Under the pieces are notes generated by a model, which was given only the letters and a program-made list of their open reading frames with translations, was not told the origin of the DNA and did no database searches. Made by a program: the position numbers and the translations under genes. From positions 1-39,928 of the IMG/VR virus record IMGVR_UViG_3300016474_000543: 39,928 nt of DNA. One strand, written 5' to 3'. Within the stretch, counting starts at the first letter, position 1. Each line of letters begins with the position of its first letter. The stretch comes from a virus (lineage: Duplodnaviria; Caudoviricetes). Positions 19,226 to 25,896 of this stretch are shown here, piece by piece.

Positions 19226-19426
19226 ATGGAAGGAAAACAAACTGCGGTAGATTTCTTATTTGAAATGTGGTTGCAAGATAAAACCATAACAAAAGAAGCA
19301 TTGGAACAAGCCATGGAAATTCAAAGGAAACACCTTTACCATTTCTATATTCAAGGCGGTATTGACCTATATTTAGAAGCAGATAGAACTGTGGAGGATT
19401 TTTACAATGAAGAGTTTAAACCATAG
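19226..19426 (+). CDS. hypothetical protein (KQTAV-type)
   Basis: start moved to ATG 19226; own promoter. Confidence 0.8.
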   Translation: MEGKQTAVDFLFEMWLQDKTITKEALEQAMEIQRKHLYHFYIQGGIDLYLEADRTVEDFYNEEFKP

Positions 19427-19430
19427 TAAC

Positions 19431-19458
19431 ACCATATACACAAATGTGTATATGCGCA
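19431..19458. repeat. palindromic repeat copy 3
   Basis: catatacaca-aa-tgtgtatatg. Confidence 0.7.
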
Positions 19459-19508
19459 TATGAGAAAGGGGACTAATTGTCCCCTTAATTATTTTTATCT
19501 TGTTTTGT

Positions 19509-19583
19509 TTAAAAATGTCTTCGTTTAATATCCGAAAGAGCAACAAGAATAAGCACGATAACCAAAATACCAAGTACTGCCAT
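19509..19583 (-). CDS. 24-aa membrane micro-peptide (MAVLGILVIVLILVALSDIKRRHF)
   Basis: own minus-strand promoter and ttaaaac leader. Confidence 0.65.
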   Translation of the reverse strand: MAVLGILVIVLILVALSDIKRRHF

Positions 19584-19632
19584 TGTTTTAAGTTTTAAAT
19601 TAATAATACAAATATACGAATAATAATTGAGA

Positions 19633-19719
19633 TTACAAAAATCTTTGCAATAATTCACTCAATAAAATACCACCGAAGAATAATGCTAACACTATCATGG
19701 GGAATACGATAACAACCAT
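19633..19719 (-). CDS. 28-aa membrane micro-peptide (MVVIVFPMIVLALFFGGILLSELLQRFL)
   Basis: own minus-strand promoter and leader. Confidence 0.65.
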   Translation of the reverse strand: MVVIVFPMIVLALFFGGILLSELLQRFL

Positions 19720-19810
19720 AATATAAAGTTTTAAATTGATACTACAAAGATAAAAACAATAATTGACATATCCAAATTTTTTAACATATTTTTTTTAGCA
19801 AAAGTATATA

Positions 19811-19865
19811 GCCGTTGGAGTCTACTCTCCAGTTCCTATCGGCTCTGCCCTTACCTTAATGGTAC
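19811..19865 (-). ncRNA. GTAGACTCC element copy 7
   Basis: minus-strand promoter ~19870-19901; gggcagagccgataggaactggagagtagactccaac. Confidence 0.65.
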
Positions 19866-20002
19866 ACAACAAAGATAAGAATAATAATTGATACCACCAA
19901 ATTTTTTAACGAAAAAAAAAATAAAAAAATTATCCTATTTTATTTGGTATATTGGAAAAGATTGCTTACCTTTGTTTCAAGTCAAATTTAAAACAATAAG
20001 TT

Positions 20003-20191
20003 ATGAAAATGAGTCAGTACAATTGGAGTTGGTGGTTTGTGTTAACACTAATCCTTATGGTAGTTGGAATGTTGGTTGCTATGGAAGCTAAAACTAACGA
20101 AGAAAATATATGTGCGAATGTTATTATGAGCATATCATTGGTATCCATGTTGCCTTGTCTGTATGTGGGAATGAAACCATCAAATGACTAA
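20003..20191 (+). CDS. small two-TM membrane protein
   Basis: 62 aa, own promoter. Confidence 0.75.
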   Translation: MKMSQYNWSWWFVLTLILMVVGMLVAMEAKTNEENICANVIMSISLVSMLPCLYVGMKPSND

Positions 20192-20259
20192 AACAAAATT
20201 AATAAAAGATTTGGAGAATTGAAAGATTCTCCTTATCTTTGTTTTGTCAATTTAAAATA

Positions 20260-20445
20260 ATGGTTATGAAAAATGATTTAATGTTCGGTGTGAAAAGTTT
20301 GATTACTGCGCTTGTGTTGGTGTCTTGTATTACATTCTTTGCTTTATCTTTTGAGTGCGCACCTATTGGTATCCTTATGCTTTCGACCACGCTTTTAGCG
20401 TTACCTATTACCTACTTAAGAGTGCTTTGGGAAAGGGCAAAATAA
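20260..20445 (+). CDS. small two-TM membrane protein
   Basis: start moved to ATG 20260 (or 20266); own promoter. Confidence 0.75.
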   Translation: MVMKNDLMFGVKSLITALVLVSCITFFALSFECAPIGILMLSTTLLALPITYLRVLWERAK

Positions 20446-20504
20446 TTTGAAAATAATTGCAAAAAGATTTGGAGAATAGGAATATTCTCCTTATCTTTGT
20501 TTTA

Positions 20505-20560
20505 ACAATAAGGGGCTGATACTTCACAAAGGTAGCAGTAGAGTAGACTCCGACACGTAC
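20505..20560 (+). ncRNA. GTAGACTCC element copy 8
   Basis: promoter ~20468-20499; ggggctgatacttcacaaaggtagcagtagagtagactccgac. Confidence 0.65.
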
Positions 20561-20634
20561 ATATATCTCACCACAAAAATACGGCATAAAAAAAACGGCT
20601 ACTTTTGATAGCCGTTCAAAAAAGAACCGAAATG

Positions 20635-21012
20635 TCAGCACCAATAAAAGCCGTCAATCACGTCCAATACCTCAAAAGGTATGTCGTTCATTAGACAAAG
20701 GTGAGCCACCTTAGACGTGGTGCGCTCATCACCGCAATAGTCACGGTGCGCATCGTATTGGGAACGGAATTTCCCAAACCCGAATAGGGTGAATGACGAA
20801 TACATCTGTATGTCGTCATTAGACCCATCGTAAAGAGTCTCGAAGTACTCATCCGAGGTTATTTCCCCAGACTCACGCTTCGCTTCCAAAGTCTTATAGA
20901 CCTCGAAACGCTCAGCAGATAACTGAGACCAACCAAAAGAAGGTGCAACCTTGTTAAACACCTCAACTTCGCTAACACCTTGTTTAGCGATAGGATATAA
21001 TCTTACTCCCAT
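20635..21012 (-). CDS. hypothetical protein (MGVRLYP...FGFGKF)
   Basis: start moved to ATG 21012; own promoter; terminator aacggcta/tagccgtt at ~20594-20616. Confidence 0.85.
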   Translation of the reverse strand: MGVRLYPIAKQGVSEVEVFNKVAPSFGWSQLSAERFEVYKTLEAKRESGEITSDEYFETLYDGSNDDIQMYSSFTLFGFGKFRSQYDAHRDYCGDERTTSKVAHLCLMNDIPFEVLDVIDGFYWC

Positions 21013-21071
21013 GGTAAAACGAATTAAATTAAACAAAGAACTTATACAAAGGTAACACTTTTTTTTTAATT

Positions 21072-21252
21072 ACCAAATATAAAATGATATTTTTTTAAAA
21101 TAATTTAAATTAATCAAAATTGCCGTTTTAAGCCCATTTAACGCAGTTTTATATTAAATCTAATACAATATACCATTTAATATATAAAACGTCTTAAATC
21201 AAAGAAAAACGATATAAAAGGACATAAAAAAAGGGAGCAACTTGCTCCCCTT
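21072..21252. repeat. ~180-bp intergenic module, copy 1
   Basis: aligns with ~21889-22068; shared ctaatacaatataccattt, cttaaatcaaagaaaaa and gggagcaacttgctccc terminator. Confidence 0.8.
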
Positions 21253-21270
21253 TTCGGTTATTGGTCAACC

Positions 21271-21690
21271 TTAATAGCTGACACAAACAGGGCCGAGACC
21301 CCTTTCGATGCTTTGCGCATCGGTTAGGGTGCGACCGCATCGCAAACAGCACCCCTTGTGCATGACCTCGATATTCGCATCGAGGAAATCAATTTTGCCC
21401 TCCTCAACCTTTTGAAGGACAAAAGCGATGGCAGTCGCCGATGGCGTTTCAACCGCCTTACCTTTGTGGTAAAGCTTTCCGTTGAAGTAAGACCCCAAAC
21501 GGGTAAACTCCAAATACCCAGTTTCCACCTTTACGTGAGTATACCATTTGCCCTTGAATTCAGAGCGAGAAATAGCATAGGTATAATCCTTGCCCGTTTT
21601 AAGGGACTTGATAGTGAAATCAGCACCTTTGTTGTTTTTTTCAGCGTTAATAACTGAAACAAGAGCAGAAGAAGAGATAACGTGTGACAT
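21271..21690 (-). CDS. DUF6011 zinc-binding protein
   Basis: C-terminal CLRCGRTLTDAQSIERGLGPVC. Confidence 0.8.
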   Translation of the reverse strand: MSHVISSSALVSVINAEKNNKGADFTIKSLKTGKDYTYAISRSEFKGKWYTHVKVETGYLEFTRLGSYFNGKLYHKGKAVETPSATAIAFVLQKVEEGKIDFLDANIEVMHKGCCLRCGRTLTDAQSIERGLGPVCVSY

Positions 21691-21803
21691 GGTAAAAAAG
21701 TATTAAATTAAACAAAGAACATTACAAAGGTAACACTTTTTTTTAAACCACCAAATATAAAACGATATTTTTTCAAAAAAAAATTAAGGTATATAAAATA
21801 TAA

Positions 21804-21858
21804 GGTAGGTTGGAGTCTACCTCCCGATACCTTGTGAGTATCGTAACGTCATATTGAC
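21804..21858 (-). ncRNA. GTAGACTCC element copy 9
   Basis: minus-strand promoter ~21863-21894; cgatactcacaaggtatcgggaggtagactccaacctacc. Confidence 0.6.
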
Positions 21859-21888
21859 TATACAAAGATGAGGATAATTTTTGAATAT

Positions 21889-22068
21889 ACCAAATATAAA
21901 ACGATATTTTTTTAAAATAATTTTAATTAATCAAAAATAACCATTTTTAAGCGTTTTAAACCATTTTTATCCATTACCTAATACAATATACCATTTTATA
22001 TTTAAAAGCTCTTAAATCAAAGAAAAAGAATATAAAAGGCATAAAAAAAGGGAGCAACTTGCTCCCCT
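21889..22068. repeat. ~180-bp intergenic module, copy 2
   Basis: aligns with 21072-21252. Confidence 0.8.
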
Positions 22069-22086
22069 TTAAAATACTAAGTAAGA

Positions 22087-22431
22087 TTATTCATCTCGCT
22101 TAAATATTTTTAAAAACATAGCCTCCAAATCAATTCCCGATAGGTTTATCGGTTCATGACCATCCAATTCAATTTTGGTATCGATTTCATAACCACTATA
22201 CCAAACGGAAGCAGTACCAACCTTAACCAATTCCTTTACAAGGAAGCCGACTGGCTTATAAAGGTCATATTTTGAATAGCCGTCATAATTTGACCCACTA
22301 CCATAACCACCACCATCGGTGAACAAAGCATAAATCTTAGACATTGGTTTAATGTCCAATTTTTGACCATAGTAGTTAACATAGTAGTCAGCAGTCTTCA
22401 AAGTTTCAACAAGAGTTTCATTAGTGTTCAT
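22087..22431 (-). CDS. hypothetical protein
   Basis: start moved to ATG 22431; own promoter. Confidence 0.85.
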   Translation of the reverse strand: MNTNETLVETLKTADYYVNYYGQKLDIKPMSKIYALFTDGGGYGSGSNYDGYSKYDLYKPVGFLVKELVKVGTASVWYSGYEIDTKIELDGHEPINLSGIDLEAMFLKIFKRDE

Positions 22432-22522
22432 AATATAAAGTTTTAAATTGACTCTACAAAGATAATAACTCAATTCGACAATTCCAAATAAAAAACAAAA
22501 AAAGTGAATATAAAAAAAATAT

Positions 22523-22581
22523 AGACGTGTCGGAGTCTACTCTCTCATTCCTCTCGGAGCGACCCCTTACCTTAATGGTAC
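22523..22581 (-). ncRNA. GTAGACTCC element copy 10
   Basis: ggggtcgctccgagaggaatgagagagtagactccgac; own promoter ~22586-22617. Confidence 0.65.
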
Positions 22582-22690
22582 ACTACAAAGATAAAAAGAA
22601 TAATCGAGACCACCAAATAAAAATGAAATTATTTTCAAAAAAAAACGGCTACTTTTGATAGCCGTTAGAATAGTTTATATAAGGTAGGAA

Positions 22691-22885
22691 TTAAGACGAA
22701 TGATGTGATTTCCCCTTGCAGTTGTTCAAGTTGAACACACGATTCATAAAATGAACCTTTCTCGCTTTACGATAGTGTTTTTTGTAGTTGTAACCCTTTG
22801 GTGCTTTGTTACCACCATCGTTGGTATTGATTGCGAATGAAGAAACTGAAACCAACAAACCGATAATTAAAAGTAAGCTTTTCAT
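22691..22885 (-). CDS. small secreted basic protein
   Basis: signal peptide MKSLLLIIGLLVSVSSFA, then K/R/H-rich tail. Confidence 0.75.
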   Translation of the reverse strand: MKSLLLIIGLLVSVSSFAINTNDGGNKAPKGYNYKKHYRKARKVHFMNRVFNLNNCKGKSHHSS

Positions 22886-22967
22886 AATTGAATGTATTAA
22901 ATTAGACATGAAACAAATTTAAGTATAATAATCGAATCTACCAAATTTTTATTAAACTTTTTTTGAC

Positions 22968-23042
22968 TTATTTTATCTTACCAATTAAGATATATTTAAC
23001 ATAAGCCAAAATACCAACACAAACCCACAATGCTACTGACAT
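22968..23042 (-). CDS. 24-aa membrane micro-peptide (MSVALWVCVGILAYVKYILIGKIK)
   Basis: own minus-strand promoter and leader. Confidence 0.55.
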   Translation of the reverse strand: MSVALWVCVGILAYVKYILIGKIK

Positions 23043-23134
23043 GATAATAAATTTTAAATTAGACCCCATAAAGGTAAATACAATAATCGACAATTCCAAA
23101 TAAAATGGAAAAAAAATTACTTAAAAAAAAATAA

Positions 23135-23191
23135 GGTAGGTCGGAGTCTACTCTCTCGTTCCTCTCGGCTCGACCCGTACCTCAATTGTAC
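23135..23191 (-). ncRNA. GTAGACTCC element copy 11
   Basis: gggtcgagccgagaggaacgagagagtagactccgacctacc; own promoter ~23196-23227. Confidence 0.65.
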
Positions 23192-23249
23192 ATAACAAAG
23201 ATAAGGATAAGTTTTCACTTCTCCAAATCTTTTGTCAATTATTTTCAAA

Positions 23250-23519
23250 TTAATTTTCGGTTAACACCTTTTGGTATTCCTCCAATTTTTGAGCGATTTG
23301 AACGGCGTTCCCCTTAATTCCGAAGTACCATTTCACGTCTGAGATTTTCCACGCTCTGTGTGGCTTAATTCCCTTTGAATACAACTTGCAGTCACGTATT
23401 GAAATAATCAGATTCCAATACGCTCGGCTCATCGGTGCGCCGTTAACACTAAACTCATGACCAAAGTCTGACTCAAACTGAGTACCTTTGATTTCCTTCA
23501 TAAATGCCTTAAGTTCCAT
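23250..23519 (-). CDS. hypothetical phage protein
   Basis: 89-aa ORF with own promoter. Confidence 0.85.
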   Translation of the reverse strand: MELKAFMKEIKGTQFESDFGHEFSVNGAPMSRAYWNLIISIRDCKLYSKGIKPHRAWKISDVKWYFGIKGNAVQIAQKLEEYQKVLTEN

Positions 23520-23653
23520 ACGTCTATCGTTTTAAAGTGACAATACAAAGGTACGTAATAGGTTTTAATATTCCAAATAAAATAGTATAATTTTTTTTTA
23601 TTTTTTTTGCATAAAAATTTGGTAGTGTCAAATATTCTCCTTATCTTTGTAAT

Positions 23654-23712
23654 GTATCCGATAGGGATAAGGGCTAACACGAGAGTGGTAGGAGAGTAGA
23701 CTCCACCCTACC
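23654..23712 (+). ncRNA. GTAGACTCC element copy 12
   Basis: promoter ~23618-23649; gggctaacacgagagtggtaggagagtagactccaccctacc plus T-run. Confidence 0.65.
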
Positions 23713-23850
23713 TTTTATTTTTTTTATATGGGTTACGAAAAAATTTGCAAAGTTACGAATAAAATTTGAGATTTCCAAACAATTTTGAAAAAAAAGTTAT
23801 TAACAAAAAAAGTCCCTTTCGGGACTTCCTTGTTGAAAACTTTATTTTGA

Positions 23851-24405
23851 TTATTCAAAAATTAATTCTTCTCCGTTTGCTCTAATTACCGATGTAGCCG
23901 ATAATTTGAATTGAGTAAACTTGCTTGACTTCAAATTCTTTTTAAGGCTATTTTTAGCCAATGTAAGAGGCTTTGAGTTAACGATAGGGTAAACACCTTC
24001 GGTAACTACCGATTTGCTTTTACGTAAGCCGAAAATGTAAATTTCGCCCGTTTCGTTATGTACTTTAATTCCCTTTGCTACGATAGTGTAAGCCTCAATT
24101 TGACCTTGACTTCTATTTTCGTTAGGTTTAATGAAAGAATTGATTAATTCTACTCTCGCTTTTTCCAAAAGAATAGAATCGCCACCTAAAGTAGTAACGT
24201 CTAAAGATTGTAATGTTTCAATATCTTTAGCCTTTGAGTTAGTAAGACTTGCACCCACGTTAACCACGTTATTAGAAACTTCTCCGTAGGAGTTAGTGTA
24301 TCCTTTGATAGATACGAAAGAAACTCCCGTAGGGGACTTCGCTAAAGCATTAGTTAAATTGTTGATAACTTGCAAAGCGATAACTGATGTTGAAATTGTG
24401 TTCAT
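23851..24405 (-). CDS. hypothetical phage protein
   Basis: start moved to ATG 24405; terminator agtccc-tttc-gggact at 23811-23826. Confidence 0.88.
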   Translation of the reverse strand: MNTISTSVIALQVINNLTNALAKSPTGVSFVSIKGYTNSYGEVSNNVVNVGASLTNSKAKDIETLQSLDVTTLGGDSILLEKARVELINSFIKPNENRSQGQIEAYTIVAKGIKVHNETGEIYIFGLRKSKSVVTEGVYPIVNSKPLTLAKNSLKKNLKSSKFTQFKLSATSVIRANGEELIFE

Positions 24406-24595
24406 AATATATTGTTTTAAATTTGACTTATGACAAAGGTAAGCATTTAGTTTTGATTGTGCAAATTTTTTGACAATTATTTTCATGTAGTTATTAACAT
24501 TTTTTTGTTGGAAACTTTATGTTAAAAAATTTGGATATGTTAATTATTATTTGTACCTTTGCAAACTTTTTTATAAGGTCTAAAAAAAAATATAA

Positions 24596-24648
24596 GACAG
24601 GTCGGAGTCTACTCTCCTGTTCCTCTCGGCTCAGCCCCTTTGTTTCAT
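24596..24648 (-). ncRNA. GTAGACTCC element copy 13
   Basis: ggggctgagccgagaggaacaggagagtagactccgacctgtc; own promoter ~24653-24684. Confidence 0.65.
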
Positions 24649-24719
24649 ATTGTAAAGGTAAGAATAAAAAATGACACTACCAAATTATAGTGTCACTTTT
24701 TTTCATTTTTTTTTGTCCC

Positions 24720-24953
24720 TTATTTTGTAAGGGACTTTAGTTCTGCTTTGATTCGTTTTGCCGTTTCGCCTTTCCAAGTGTTTGCATTGCATAGGAAGTA
24801 TAAGACGATAGATTTACCCGTATCCCAACCATACGTATCGTTTATGCTTTCAAGCGACTGCATAGCGTCTATATAAGGCTTTGCTGCATAGTTTGGTTTA
24901 ACCCAATCTTTCTTAATTTCCTTTGCGATTTCATAAAGAGGTCTTGCGCTCAT
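24720..24953 (-). CDS. conserved small phage protein (RPLYEIAKEI...AKPYIDAM)
   Basis: 77-aa ORF with own promoter. Confidence 0.88.
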   Translation of the reverse strand: MSARPLYEIAKEIKKDWVKPNYAAKPYIDAMQSLESINDTYGWDTGKSIVLYFLCNANTWKGETAKRIKAELKSLTK

Positions 24954-25113
24954 AATACATTGTTTTAAATTTGACTTGAAACAAAGGTAAGCATTAATTT
25001 TGAATTACACAAATTAACTTATTAACAAAATAAATTTTAAATTGTTAATAACTTCATTTGGAAATATGGAATCTTATTCGTATCTTTGATTTATCAATTT
25101 AAAACAACATACC

Positions 25114-25560
25114 ATGAGTGCAAAAGTAAGAAAGTTCGATAATGCAAACAAAGCAAACGGATACGCTAACAACCTTAAAATGGACGCTGATACCTACACC
25201 CTTAGACGTAGAGTGATTGACGTTATATACGAAGCTAAAAGCCGTCTTAAAGTGGTGGGTGTTGAACTACCAAGAATAGACGTTCGTATCACCGAACCTA
25301 ATCAAGGTTCTAAGGCTAACGTGGTAGGTCACGCTTACCTCGGTCAGAACGTGGTGTACATCCCAAATAACACCATCACCGACTCATTCCGTGGGACGTT
25401 CTTTAAACAAGTTGTACTGCACGAAATAGTACACGCAGTTACTTCCTTCAGACACGATGATAAATGCCCTCTAATGAACCCCCACGCTGGAATAAACGAA
25501 CAGCGGGTCGCAATGGGGGACGATGAAATGTACAACCACTTCATCAAGTACTTCAAGTAG
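25114..25560 (+). CDS. HExxH zinc metallopeptidase-like protein (metzincin-like)
   Basis: VLHEIVHAVTSFRH followed by a CPLM Met-turn-like motif. Confidence 0.75.
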   Translation: MSAKVRKFDNANKANGYANNLKMDADTYTLRRRVIDVIYEAKSRLKVVGVELPRIDVRITEPNQGSKANVVGHAYLGQNVVYIPNNTITDSFRGTFFKQVVLHEIVHAVTSFRHDDKCPLMNPHAGINEQRVAMGDDEMYNHFIKYFK

Positions 25561-25563
25561 AAC

Positions 25564-25647
25564 GGAGGGGGGGTGGTACTGATACCCCCCATACCCCTCC
25601 CCCCGTGAACCCTCTTATACACCCCCCCGTTACCACCCCATTATGGG
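25564..25647. other. G/C homopolymer block with G-quadruplex potential on the minus strand
   Basis: one G-run then six C-runs of 3-6 nt in an otherwise AT-rich sequence. Confidence 0.7.
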
Positions 25648-25659
25648 CGGTCGGATTTG

Positions 25660-25846
25660 TAAAGAAATTTTTTTGGTAAATTTTTGTATCTAATATTATG
25701 GGACCACTTATATATAAATTTTTTTGGGGAAATTTTTACATCTATTTTTATGACACCCCTTATATATAAAATTTTTTTTGGGAAAATTTTCGTATGTAAT
25801 TTTAGACACCCCCATATGTAAAAAAATTTTTTGGGAAAATTTTGGG
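25660..25846. repeat. four tandem ~53-bp repeats (iteron-like)
   Basis: aaattttttt-gg(g)-aaatttt at ~25665, 25716, 25769 and 25824; the last three preceded by gac(a)ccNNtatat-like words. Confidence 0.8.
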
Positions 25847-25855
25847 TCAAAAAAA

Positions 25856-25879
25856 AGAGGACCCATATTAAGTCCTCTT
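25856..25879 (-). terminator. intrinsic terminator
   Basis: aagaggac...gtcctctt with an A-run on the left. Confidence 0.65.
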
Positions 25880-25896
25880 ATTGATTTTATTTTTTA

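Larger units (their letters stand above)
276..25090. promoter_or_regulatory. array of >50 Bacteroidota-type primary-sigma promoters (TTTG -33 / TAnnTTTG -7), roughly one per gene
   Basis: e.g. tttggaaatttaaaatataatacttatctttg (853-884), tttggagaatagaaatattctccttatctttg (2216-2247); each followed by a gtctaattaaaac-like A-rich leader and ATG, no Shine-Dalgarno. Confidence 0.9.

Noticed and set aside
4083-24648. GTAGACTCC elements as 5S rRNA loop E mimics, hammerhead ribozymes or IS ends
   Set aside because: GAGAGTAG matches one loop E strand but the partner GATGGTA is not placed to pair; no CTGANGA/GAAA core; no transposase or target duplications seen
276-25090. Integron cassette array
   Set aside because: No integrase or attC-like sites; the repeats are promoters
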